Virus record (IMG/VR): IMGVR_UViG_3300050343_000230
Coordinates: 1 to 64,000 of that record
Strand: one strand, 5' to 3'
Origin: a virus
DNA: 64,000 bases
The notes under the pieces are model-generated. The model did no database searches. It had not been told where the DNA came from and worked only from the letters and a program-made list of their open reading frames with translations. Shown piece by piece: positions 17,953 through 26,886 of the stretch (position 1 is its first letter; each line of letters opens with the position of its first letter). The translations under genes were made by a program, and so were the position numbers.

Positions 17953-19116
17953 GTGTTTTTAGATAACGACTTTCCTAAGATTTTAGGTGCGGAACTATAC
18001 CGTCCGCATCCCGCTTATGTCTGTGAAATGGCTGTCGAGCCTGTAGTCGTACATGACTTCACCTCGCAGCCCGGCCAGACCGTGCAGCTGGATCGCTATA
18101 AGTTCTGGGGAACTCCTGGTACTAAGGATTCACGCGAGCGTATTGCTGACCAGACTATTGGTACAGCTAATAGCCGTAACATCACGAAGGAGAAAGTCCT
18201 CGTGGTGCTTAAGGAATACACCGGCCCTGCGGACCCAGGTGATCCTACCCAGCCTTCAACCTTTAAGATTGCTCGTGAGACCCTGGTCACCGCGCAGCGT
18301 TTGCTGCTCGACACTGGCAACTTGAACATGTTCCACCAGTCAATCGGTAGCTTGACGCTGCTTGATGACTATCGTCGTTGGCGTGACCGCGTCTTCATTG
18401 ACGAACTTGCAAAAGCAGAAGCACAAGGTGCAGCTTCTTCAAGCCAAGGCGGTTATTACTTCGCTGGTGGTAAAGGTAAAGATGGTACTGGCCGTATTTC
18501 TTATACAGCTGCTGAGTACACCGCACAAGTACAACAGTTCTCTGTTCGTACCGACCTTCTCGAAGTTGTAAAAGATCTTCGTAAGCGCAACGTACCTACA
18601 TTTGCTGATGGTCTGTATCGCTGTATTTGCGATCCTACCTTCATGATGCACTTGCGTCGTGACGAAGATTTCCGTGAGATCGCTCGCTACGCAGGCAATC
18701 CTGGACAAGGCATGTACATGGCTAACCCCATGATGCCTAACAACTCCAGTTTCTACATGGGACCACAAGCTGGTCAGGGCTACTTCCTGGCTGGTGAACC
18801 TGTGATGCCTACTGGCGTTCAGTTTGAAGGCGTTAAGTTCTTTGAGTCAACCAACTTCCCAAATAAGAGTGTAACCACCTCATTTGATGCGGGTGCTAAC
18901 TACGCTTCTGAAGAAGTTGCACAAGGTTACTTCTTCGGTCCTCAGTCTGTTGGTGTTGGTATTGGCGGTCCTAACGCACAAGTACTCATTAACAACAATG
19001 ATGACTTCTCTCGCTTTATCATCCTGATTTGGCAGCTCTATGCTGGTTTCGAGGTCTTGAACAAAGACTTCATCACTACTGCATTCAGCTACCTCTCCGA
19101 TGACGGCGTAGTCTGA
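17953..19116 (+). CDS. Major capsid protein
   Basis: 387 aa after portal and scaffold; strong SD; biased codon use; G-x-T-V-x-L-x-R-Y and GVKFFES patterns seen in HK97-fold capsids. Confidence 0.82.
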   Translation: MFLDNDFPKILGAELYRPHPAYVCEMAVEPVVVHDFTSQPGQTVQLDRYKFWGTPGTKDSRERIADQTIGTANSRNITKEKVLVVLKEYTGPADPGDPTQPSTFKIARETLVTAQRLLLDTGNLNMFHQSIGSLTLLDDYRRWRDRVFIDELAKAEAQGAASSSQGGYYFAGGKGKDGTGRISYTAAEYTAQVQQFSVRTDLLEVVKDLRKRNVPTFADGLYRCICDPTFMMHLRRDEDFREIARYAGNPGQGMYMANPMMPNNSSFYMGPQAGQGYFLAGEPVMPTGVQFEGVKFFESTNFPNKSVTTSFDAGANYASEEVAQGYFFGPQSVGVGIGGPNAQVLINNNDDFSRFIILIWQLYAGFEVLNKDFITTAFSYLSDDGVV

Positions 19117-19146
19117 TCATAAATAAGTAAACCTCTATCAAGAAAA

Positions 19147-19914
19147 ATGGCATACTTATCTGCTAAGAAAATCTTCCCAGGTGACATGACTGAACCCCTT
19201 AATGGGTGGTATCAGAATATTGACACTACTGGTGGATCACAAAATAATGCATCCTTGGCAGGCCCGACTTCGGTCTTGGCCAATCCTGGATGGCAGTTTT
19301 ATCAACTGCGTGGATACGTACCTGTTACCAATACTGTTGGTGCAGGCTACGTCACTGTGGGCGATGTGATCATCCCTTCTCCTTACAAGAATGATGACAC
19401 CCGCGTCAACATCACTGGCATGACTGTCACTGCTGATGCTGAGCGCCCTGCTTACGTTTATCGCACTGCTGTTTCCGTAGCCTCTGGCTGGGGTGACGGA
19501 CGCGTTGCACTGGATGGCATCACTACTTCTGGCGCTACTCAGGTAATCGGTTTCGGTCCTGGTACTGCTACTGCTCCTGTAAGTTTCTCAGGTGTAGTTG
19601 AAGGAGCTAATATCACTGCTGCTGCTAGCAATCTTGCTGCAGGTACTGGTGGATTGGGTGCTTGCCCTCTAGATTCTTCTGTTGATTACGAAGTCTTAAC
19701 TGCTAACACAAACTTCCGTGTTTATTCCAAAGCATTGACTAACTCCACTGCCACTAATGGCGGCTGGGCTATCTCTAATGCTGACGCAGCTGCTGGCCGT
19801 GCTGGCTACATCCTTTGCGAAGTTTGCTTCGTACGTCAAGATGTTCCTGTCGATTACGACGAGCTTGAGCAGTATCTTCCCTACAAGATCGCTTCTAACT
19901 ATCCTGGTTATTGA
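19147..19914 (+). CDS. Putative capsid decoration/minor head protein
   Basis: 255 aa, beta-rich Thr/Ala/Gly composition, directly after the capsid gene with similar codon bias. Confidence 0.55.
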   Translation: MAYLSAKKIFPGDMTEPLNGWYQNIDTTGGSQNNASLAGPTSVLANPGWQFYQLRGYVPVTNTVGAGYVTVGDVIIPSPYKNDDTRVNITGMTVTADAERPAYVYRTAVSVASGWGDGRVALDGITTSGATQVIGFGPGTATAPVSFSGVVEGANITAAASNLAAGTGGLGACPLDSSVDYEVLTANTNFRVYSKALTNSTATNGGWAISNADAAAGRAGYILCEVCFVRQDVPVDYDELEQYLPYKIASNYPGY

Positions 19915-19929
19915 TATTTAGGGTAACAT

Positions 19930-19956
19930 GGGGCTAGTTAATAAATAGCTAGTCCC
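19930..19956 (+). promoter_or_regulatory. 11-bp hairpin ending 1 nt before the start of the HhH gene
   Basis: GGGGCTAGTTA/TAGCTAGTCCC (two G-U pairs), ATAAA loop; TAACAT at 19924-19929. Confidence 0.55.
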
Positions 19957-19957
19957 A

Positions 19958-20368
19958 ATGCTCTTTAAACACAATAAAACCGGTGTAAGGTTAAAGATCG
20001 TGTCTGAATGGGATGAGGGCGATTGGTTCATGGTCGAAGACCAAGACGGTCGCATCTTTACTGTTTACAAGACAGAAATTGTTGAAGACAAGGAAGCATC
20101 TAAGAAGGTTAAAACTCTTCAAGTAAAAGATGCAGCCAAAGGTGACGAGCCTCGTAAATTTCCTACAGATGTTCGGCTTAATGTCAATGGAGCTACGGCT
20201 CAAATGATTGCCGATCATATCAAAGGAGTCGGTCTTAAAACTGCAAAAGAGATTAAGGATTTACAGCTTTCTTTGTCAGGCGAAAGGTTCACTAGCCTTG
20301 AGCAGTTAAAATCGATTCCCCGCGTAGATTGGGACTCAGTGTTTGCAGCTGATCTAATCCGCGTCTAA
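19958..20368 (+). CDS. Helix-hairpin-helix (ComEA-like) DNA-binding protein
   Basis: LNVN.AT...I...IKGVG.KTA..I......GERF.SLEQL..IP.V matches the ComEA/HHH_3 pattern. Confidence 0.75.
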   Translation: MLFKHNKTGVRLKIVSEWDEGDWFMVEDQDGRIFTVYKTEIVEDKEASKKVKTLQVKDAAKGDEPRKFPTDVRLNVNGATAQMIADHIKGVGLKTAKEIKDLQLSLSGERFTSLEQLKSIPRVDWDSVFAADLIRV

Positions 20369-20373
20369 TGGTT

Positions 20374-20400
20374 AAGCCCCTGTAGGGGCTTTTCTATTAT
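20374..20400 (+). terminator. Rho-independent terminator of the capsid operon
   Basis: AAGCCCC-TGTA-GGGGCTT followed by a T-rich tract. Confidence 0.8.
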
Positions 20401-20438
20401 TTGTGCAGATTATAATTAACAAATACTGACGGTGCATT

Positions 20439-20918
20439 GTGCAGTTATCTGATTTCAATAAAAGCCGCGTCAGGTATCATCTTGGGTATTACGTTACCAG
20501 TGTCCCAGCAGGTGACTATGCGCGGCTAGAAGAAGCTTTGAATTCTGTCCCTGATTCAGTGTTCAACGATAAGATCATTTATCAGATCAATCGTTGTGAC
20601 GCTGCAGAGAAGAAAACACAGCTTGCTTCTTATGAGGATGACTTCACTCCTCCAAGCACAAGAGTCGAAGGTATTGTGGGAGACGTTGATCGTACGATTC
20701 GCTCCAGCAATGTCAAAGATGCTTTGAAAGTATGGGACGAAGTTTATCTGTATGAGACTAATCGTCTTGCACAGATTCTTTATGTACCTAACTACAAAGA
20801 TCCCTTCCAGGCACGTTATCGCTATGAGCGTTCTGGGGCAGAATTTATCATGGCTCTACCAGGCCCAGCTGATACAGCAGTGGGCGCAAACCTTTACCTT
20901 CGCGTTAACTACAGATAG
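20439..20918 (+). CDS. Putative head-tail connector/adaptor
   Basis: 159 aa, helical, follows the capsid operon; TATAAT at 20411-20416. Confidence 0.5.
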   Translation: MQLSDFNKSRVRYHLGYYVTSVPAGDYARLEEALNSVPDSVFNDKIIYQINRCDAAEKKTQLASYEDDFTPPSTRVEGIVGDVDRTIRSSNVKDALKVWDEVYLYETNRLAQILYVPNYKDPFQARYRYERSGAEFIMALPGPADTAVGANLYLRVNYR

Positions 20919-20920
20919 CC

Positions 20921-22279
20921 ATGCCCCTTAACTTTCTCGCTAAGCAAGCTGTACGATTTGGCAGGCCGGTTGTTAGTTCTGCTGTTGATGCTATTACAAA
21001 CCCCCAGACTTATATCAAACTGGGAGACCAGGCTAGTGACGTACTGCAACGGACACTTCCGACTCGTTTTCAAGGAGCTGGCTTTAAAGATATCCCGACT
21101 GCGTTTACTGGAACGCTTAATGATATTGCAGGCATGGCCCCTGGCGCAGCTAGAGAGCAAGCACGTAATAGTGCAAAGACACAATTAAACCAGGTTGCGC
21201 GTTCTTTAGAGCCTACCCTTCGTCGCCCTGCAGGACAAACAGCATCAGGTTTGTTAAGAGCGCCTAACGTAGGCAGTGCAGCACCGCGCCCAACTGTAGC
21301 GACAAGTGTGCCTGTTACACAGCTTCCACAGGCCGGTGGTCCTTTAGCTCGTGATTACGCCTTAGGACGTAGCTCAGGAGCTGTTAATGAAATGGCAGAT
21401 GTTCGTAAGCTTTTAACACAAGCACCTGCTAAAGCCACAAGTTTTTTAAACAACTTAAATCCTTTTAATAAGCCCGGTCGCCTTCTGAATCCCACTGGAT
21501 TTCGTGGGGGTCTTCTTTACGGTACAGCTGCTGACCAACTTCTTCCTCGTATAGGTTTAGATAAAAAGAATACAGCCGCTATTTCCACTGCACTTACAAT
21601 GCCTGGACCCCCATCGTTGAAACTTTTAGCGGGTCTTATGGCGCATGATTTTAACAATCCGCTTGCTACTGGAACCTTGGCGGATGCCCCGCAGCTCACT
21701 CCTGCACAAATAAAAGTAGCCAATAAAGCGCGTAAAGAACAAGGATTTTCTCCTTTAGGGCCTAATGGAGAAGTAGATAATAGACAAGAAAAGCTAACAC
21801 CACCTAAATCTGAAGAAATCTACGGATCCATTCCTCCTTCTGTCAATGATGATCTTCCCGGACAGAACTATGATTCAAGTGTGACACTGCCTGGTGCACC
21901 CACAATAAATAATCCTCCTTACGTACCACCCACAACGCTGACACCTGATCCCGTACCTCCTACGCCAACACCAGACATTGGGCAAGCAATGGATCCTTAT
22001 GCATATCAATTAAATGTATATGGACAAGGACGCCAAGATGCTGCTACACAGTCTTCACAAGCTGCTGTGCGTGACCTAGGACTTTCTATTCACAGGCAAC
22101 TGTATCCCGGCCTTTACCCAAATGAAGGGCCTAAAACACCCTTGCAAGAGCCAAGCACAATGAACAATTTGGATGCAATGTCTGAACTAGATGCATCCAC
22201 GAACGCAGTAGAAGAATTAATTGATCCTACAATTCTTGCTCAACTCAATGCAATGAACTTAAGGAGGTCAGGTTATTAA
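20921..22279 (+). CDS. Pro/Ala-rich putative internal virion protein
   Basis: 452-aa ORF in the structural operon. Confidence 0.6.
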   Translation: MPLNFLAKQAVRFGRPVVSSAVDAITNPQTYIKLGDQASDVLQRTLPTRFQGAGFKDIPTAFTGTLNDIAGMAPGAAREQARNSAKTQLNQVARSLEPTLRRPAGQTASGLLRAPNVGSAAPRPTVATSVPVTQLPQAGGPLARDYALGRSSGAVNEMADVRKLLTQAPAKATSFLNNLNPFNKPGRLLNPTGFRGGLLYGTAADQLLPRIGLDKKNTAAISTALTMPGPPSLKLLAGLMAHDFNNPLATGTLADAPQLTPAQIKVANKARKEQGFSPLGPNGEVDNRQEKLTPPKSEEIYGSIPPSVNDDLPGQNYDSSVTLPGAPTINNPPYVPPTTLTPDPVPPTPTPDIGQAMDPYAYQLNVYGQGRQDAATQSSQAAVRDLGLSIHRQLYPGLYPNEGPKTPLQEPSTMNNLDAMSELDASTNAVEELIDPTILAQLNAMNLRRSGY

Positions 22280-23097
22280 TGGATTACCAAATCACTGATA
22301 ACGATAAAGCAGCCATTGTCAGAACGGCACAACAGTTAGGAGTTACCCCTATTGAACTAGGAGCCGTTCTTCAGCGTGAGTCAGGCATGAACCCTAATAT
22401 CTGGGGTGGTAAAGGCGGCAATTACTATGGTGCTATTCAATTTGGTGGTCCGGAACGCAAAGAAGCTGGCTTAGATCCTAATAAGATTGGCAACTACAGC
22501 CTGGCAGAGCAAATGCCACATGTTCAAAAATGGCTTGGTGGTCGAGGGTATGAGCGAGGAATGGGAGTAGCTCTTTTATACAACACAATTCTTGGTGGCA
22601 ATCCAAATGCCAACATGAATACACAAGATTCGTTTGGTAGTTCAGTAAACAACTCTTTGCGAAGATTCCAACCCGGTGGTGCTGATTACACTGCAGCACA
22701 GAAAAAGCTAGGAGATCTAACTAGCTACGGTGTAGGGCAAGGCGGTCCAGGCTTCCCCCAACTCTCCTACCAATTCGACGAAGACGGAAACGTTATCGGC
22801 ATTGACCCCAGCTCAGCTGGTGGATCTACTACTTCCGGTGGTAATACTTACAACACTACTATCAATGTCACGGAAGGCAAAGATAAAGCGAACTTTATGG
22901 ATGCGATCAAAAAGCAACTTATGGGTCAAGCGCTTCTGGACCAGAATAAAAAAAGTTCAACCTCGTACGACCCGATGAGTATTGTCCAGCAGTACACAGG
23001 CATGAATTTAAAGCAATTTATGCCAGGAGAAACGACTAAAGAGGAGACACCTGGATATTTAGATCCAGCAACCTATCTAAACTTAATCAATAAGTAG
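22279..23097 (+). CDS. Virion-associated lytic transglycosylase-like protein
   Basis: LG..P..L.AV.QRESG.NP.....YYGAIQF matches SLT motifs I and II. Confidence 0.72.
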   Translation: MDYQITDNDKAAIVRTAQQLGVTPIELGAVLQRESGMNPNIWGGKGGNYYGAIQFGGPERKEAGLDPNKIGNYSLAEQMPHVQKWLGGRGYERGMGVALLYNTILGGNPNANMNTQDSFGSSVNNSLRRFQPGGADYTAAQKKLGDLTSYGVGQGGPGFPQLSYQFDEDGNVIGIDPSSAGGSTTSGGNTYNTTINVTEGKDKANFMDAIKKQLMGQALLDQNKKSSTSYDPMSIVQQYTGMNLKQFMPGETTKEETPGYLDPATYLNLINK

Positions 23098-23126
23098 TAA
23101 AATAAACTGATACTAGAAGTGGAAAC

Positions 23127-23912
23127 ATGACCGCTACGAATACTAATAAGCAGCCAGTATTTGTTGATCGGCCGCTAATTGCTCGGACTCGTTTAACAAA
23201 TCAGGTTGTTGGTAGTAACGCAACGGTCGAAGTCCAGGGTGGCCAAAGCCCTGCTCTACTGGTTGATATGGATGCAAACCTAAGCTCCGACAACAACAGT
23301 GGCGGCATCATCGATTCAGTAAGGGCTGTTCGTGATGACATGAACACCTCTATTGATCCTGACTATATTGTTAATACAACAACTTCAGGACAATTCATTG
23401 GCTTGGTTAGCGGCCAGACTGTTTACGTTACTAGTACTGGTCTTTTGGCTACTGGTACTTCTAACGGCCCTGGGTATTACACCTATACAGGAACTACTGT
23501 TACTGGAGAAATCAATACAGAAATCCTTTACTCAGGAGGAGTCGTCAATGGTTTTACATACACTTCCCTTGAAGCTGGCACTCTTCCCGCAGTCACATTA
23601 GCTCTTTATCACACTCGTGGAACCACAGTTCCCATCCCAGCAGATGGTGACTACCACATGGTTAGCTACAAGACCCTAGCCGTGGGCGAAACTAACATGG
23701 ATTTCACAGATGTCTTGCCTGAACTCAGCGTACCAGTTCCTAATACAGGTAATACCGCAGGACTTGGAGAAGCCAGTCCTCTTCGTAATAGGGCTATCAA
23801 TCTTCAACGCGGTGATCGTCTTTATGTTGGTGTTGTACAGCGCGGTGCACAGTCTTCTCAAACTGGTTATGTAAACGGAATTAGAATTACAGCGCAAGGC
23901 GGTTTCTATTGA
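23127..23912 (+). CDS. Putative tail structural protein
   Basis: 261 aa, beta-rich Thr/Gly/Val composition. Confidence 0.55.
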   Translation: MTATNTNKQPVFVDRPLIARTRLTNQVVGSNATVEVQGGQSPALLVDMDANLSSDNNSGGIIDSVRAVRDDMNTSIDPDYIVNTTTSGQFIGLVSGQTVYVTSTGLLATGTSNGPGYYTYTGTTVTGEINTEILYSGGVVNGFTYTSLEAGTLPAVTLALYHTRGTTVPIPADGDYHMVSYKTLAVGETNMDFTDVLPELSVPVPNTGNTAGLGEASPLRNRAINLQRGDRLYVGVVQRGAQSSQTGYVNGIRITAQGGFY

Positions 23913-23913
23913 T

Positions 23914-25647
23914 ATGACACGAAGAAGACCCGGAGGAAACTTTGGAAACTTCGGGACCGATTCTTTTGCAAAAAGACCAGACAAGAAAGATAAAAATTAT
24001 AAAGTAAAACCAATCACAGGAGCTTTTGGGGGTAGCGTTCCAGACTCTCTTTATAGCAGCAATAGAGAAGCAGCCTGGACACGATGGCGCAAAGGATGGG
24101 AGCTTGCTGTTGGAGATGGGGCACGTAAGTCTTTCTTGTATCCGTTTGACTATGAAATTCCTTTTCCTCCAGGAATCATTACACCCATTGGTGCAAGACA
24201 ACCTGTTATCTCCGGTGTCTTACAGGGTTTTCCAACTCAGAACAAAGAACTGGGTATGCACTGGGCCGGTGTTGTAGAAGCAGGTAACTTAAGATTTGAT
24301 GGCTTACAAGCACAAGATGGAACCCTGCTGGCAGTTTCTGGAGAAGCTGATCCAAGAGTTTTGTTTCTCAGCAGTGGCCAAGACAATACAAACTATTGGT
24401 ATATACAGCTCAGTGGTACGTTTAGCTCAGGTACTATTTCTGGCGTAACAGGGCCTTTACCTCCGCCTTTGTATGTAAGCTTTGGTCCTGCTGGCAGTCT
24501 TAAAGCAATCAACGGAGACATACTGGAAGATACGATTTTAACTGTGTCAGGAGAAGCAATCGATGCAGAGACACGTGATCCATTAACCAATAAACTTTAC
24601 GGTTTTGTACAAGCTGTTCTTATTGATGTTGATCAAAATCAAGGCATCCTTAAAGTTGCAAAGACTGGTTCAGTAGAGACAACGATTGATTCCGGCGTTA
24701 GAAGAACGCCGTCTCGTATACCATTTCATCCAGGACGATTTCTTCAGACAGGCAGACGTTACTGTTGCTCTTGCCAGGATTACATGCGTCGTGATTACGC
24801 TTACCTATCTAATCTTGGACTTAGAAAGAAACCTTTGTTTCCTGTTACAAGGTGCGCCACGACTAAACCGGGTCGCTACGAAGTGATGACAATGAATGGG
24901 CAGGTGATGAATGCAGCCCAAACCAAAGTTAATGCACAGATTCAACAAAACCGTTTGATGACTCTTGTCTATCCAAGCGGTAATCCAAATGATTACTCTT
25001 TACCAGGGGTTGGAACATTTGAGTCAGGCAAAAACATTGAAGATCCTAAGAACTTGTATAGAGATTTACCAGGTGTCTTCTCTGATTTCGGCAAAGCGTA
25101 TACCAGAGGAGTTGGACCAAATCCTGATCAAGTTGCAGAAGGCATGCCTAACTACAACGATTACAGGGCACCCGGCGGAGAGCTTACTTTCATCGCTGAC
25201 AACTGGACCTACACACTTGATTCCTATCGTTGGTGCAAGCACATTTATGCAATGAAATTTGCTGCTGGCGAAGCACCACCAGAACCATCAGATTTTCCTG
25301 TAGAAATAGGGCTTATGAGTGAATGGGAAACAAAATTAGTTCTCAGAACCCAAGCAGAACAGGTACGTGCATTTAATAAACTGGATTATTACGGAATGGG
25401 GTACATGGATGTACCACCATTCAATATCCAGGCACCAATGATGATGCCAATGATGCAAAGACTGTTCAATGTACCTAGTACTTTTATCGATATAAAAAAC
25501 TTCATGATGAAAGATAAAGACGGTAATTACTATAGTGTTGCTTCAGGACAGAAACCTGATTCAGGCGGTCAGTCAAGTGGATTCACTATTAATGACTGGA
25601 ACTTTAAAACCAACGCTTACGACTTAGGACCAGGCATAAATTACTAG
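23914..25647 (+). CDS. Large protein with a split SWIM-like Zn finger
   Basis: 577 aa; YCCSCQDY and WCKHIYA half-motifs about 153 aa apart. Confidence 0.6.
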   Translation: MTRRRPGGNFGNFGTDSFAKRPDKKDKNYKVKPITGAFGGSVPDSLYSSNREAAWTRWRKGWELAVGDGARKSFLYPFDYEIPFPPGIITPIGARQPVISGVLQGFPTQNKELGMHWAGVVEAGNLRFDGLQAQDGTLLAVSGEADPRVLFLSSGQDNTNYWYIQLSGTFSSGTISGVTGPLPPPLYVSFGPAGSLKAINGDILEDTILTVSGEAIDAETRDPLTNKLYGFVQAVLIDVDQNQGILKVAKTGSVETTIDSGVRRTPSRIPFHPGRFLQTGRRYCCSCQDYMRRDYAYLSNLGLRKKPLFPVTRCATTKPGRYEVMTMNGQVMNAAQTKVNAQIQQNRLMTLVYPSGNPNDYSLPGVGTFESGKNIEDPKNLYRDLPGVFSDFGKAYTRGVGPNPDQVAEGMPNYNDYRAPGGELTFIADNWTYTLDSYRWCKHIYAMKFAAGEAPPEPSDFPVEIGLMSEWETKLVLRTQAEQVRAFNKLDYYGMGYMDVPPFNIQAPMMMPMMQRLFNVPSTFIDIKNFMMKDKDGNYYSVASGQKPDSGGQSSGFTINDWNFKTNAYDLGPGINY

Positions 25648-25650
25648 GAT

Positions 25651-25680
25651 TTGACTTAGCATAACTTAATCCTTTATAAT
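25651..25680 (+). promoter_or_regulatory. sigma70-type promoter
   Basis: TTGACT-18 nt-TATAAT; followed by hairpin TATCAAG-GAAC...GTTC-T-CTTGATA near the predicted TSS. Confidence 0.7.
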
Positions 25681-25784
25681 GTTTTTATCAAGGAACAATA
25701 AGTTCTCTTGATATTCAAATCAAGTTACTCGTCGAGCTGGTTGACCAGTGTCTATAGTGCCATTATTCTTTTTCTCCTCTTACC

Positions 25785-26204
25785 ATGATCCATCAACACC
25801 TTCCGAACGACGCCCGGATAGTTGACGAAGTTTTCAATGTAGTTGCAAAACCAGGACTGGCAAAAGTAGGGTGGCTTCTTGCAATGGTTGCCGTTTACGG
25901 TAAAGCACCTATTGAACTAGAAGGGTTTACCTGGAATGAAGATAATTCAATTAACATCAAATCAAAAAAAAGACCCATTCACCCTCTGCATCCTCAGTGG
26001 GTTTTTATTTTTCAACTCAAAGAAAAGCAGCCTCTCAAAAAGAAAAGCTGCTGGAATCTCCTCGTCGTCAGCTTAACTGATGCAATGAATAAAGAACAGA
26101 TCAATCTTTCAATTGATGGTCTTATTCTTGCTCATAAGATTCGTAAAATTTATTACACTCCTATTAAACGACAGAAGCAGTTGCCTGCTCTTGTTTCTGC
26201 TTGA
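25785..26204 (+). CDS. Degenerate tyrosine-recombinase (integrase) catalytic-domain derivative
   Basis: WLLAMVAVYGKAPIEL and KRPIHPLHPQWVFIFQL mirror cyanobacterial integrase motifs (ATYGLRPxE; R..xPxxPxWV..F.L), but the catalytic Arg and HxxR are absent; only 139 aa. Confidence 0.55.
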   Translation: MIHQHLPNDARIVDEVFNVVAKPGLAKVGWLLAMVAVYGKAPIELEGFTWNEDNSINIKSKKRPIHPLHPQWVFIFQLKEKQPLKKKSCWNLLVVSLTDAMNKEQINLSIDGLILAHKIRKIYYTPIKRQKQLPALVSA

Positions 26205-26382
26205 GAAGCTTCTCTACCAAAGGAATATTCCAATAGTAAGTGTCACGGCACCTAGTCATTGGTCCCGCACCAAAGTGCTTTCCTAGTTTGTAGTCACCAC
26301 TATCCCGCATGCGATAGAGCGTACTGGTATCTACGCCAAGCATCTTTACTGCGCGATGCCTTGGTTGCCAGCTACTAGCCAT
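26164..26382 (-). CDS. Excisionase/MerR-like winged-helix DNA-binding protein
   Basis: AVKMLGVDTSTLYRMRDSGDYKLGKHF HTH pattern; TTGACT-16 nt-TATTTT upstream on the - strand. Confidence 0.7.
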   Translation of the reverse strand: MASSWQPRHRAVKMLGVDTSTLYRMRDSGDYKLGKHFGAGPMTRCRDTYYWNIPLVEKLLKQKQEQATASVV

Positions 26383-26523
26383 TAGTTTTAATCATGTACA
26401 TATCTAAAATAGTTCCAGATACAGAAAAGTCAAGCTGTGTGCAGAGGATGTTAACAGAGTCTTCAACAGGTTGAAGTTTTATGATATTTACCTGACATAG
26501 GATGGATTAACGGCTAGAACAAC

Positions 26524-26886
26524 ATGTTCAAAACGGAGAACGAACCGCTCGCACTCCTACTTGAACTCCGACCGAAACAAGCGAAAAAACGTTTTAGAGA
26601 TGAAATATACAAAGCCTGGAACTATAAATGTGGATATTGTGGAAACGAGGCAACCAGCCTGGACCATATTATCCCAAAATTTAAATCGGGTTCTTCCAAC
26701 CGAAATAATTTAATTCCTTGTTGTCGTACATGCAATACTAATAAAGCTTCAAGCCCAATGGAAGAATGGTACAGACAACAAGAATTCTTTTCCCAAAAAA
26801 AATTAGATGCTGTTCATGAATGGACAAAAGGAGATAAAATAGTATTTACTTCTGATATGAGCCAGCTAAGGCTAGGTGTTGCATAA
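26524..26886 (+). CDS. HNH endonuclease (McrA-like)
   Basis: CGYCG...SLDHIIP...G...NNL..CC..CN..K. Confidence 0.88.
   Translation: MFKTENEPLALLLELRPKQAKKRFRDEIYKAWNYKCGYCGNEATSLDHIIPKFKSGSSNRNNLIPCCRTCNTNKASSPMEEWYRQQEFFSQKKLDAVHEWTKGDKIVFTSDMSQLRLGVA

Noticed and set aside
19114-19147. Capsid stop read-through into the downstream gene
   Set aside because: TGA is followed by TCA TAA in frame, and no slippery site is evident
19958-20368. PsbU photosystem II protein
   Set aside because: Shares the HhH-like fold but lacks a signal peptide and sits in the capsid operon; ComEA-like DNA binding is more plausible
25785-26204. Functional integrase implying a prophage boundary
   Set aside because: Too short and catalytic residues missing; no host-like genes or att duplication seen in the window
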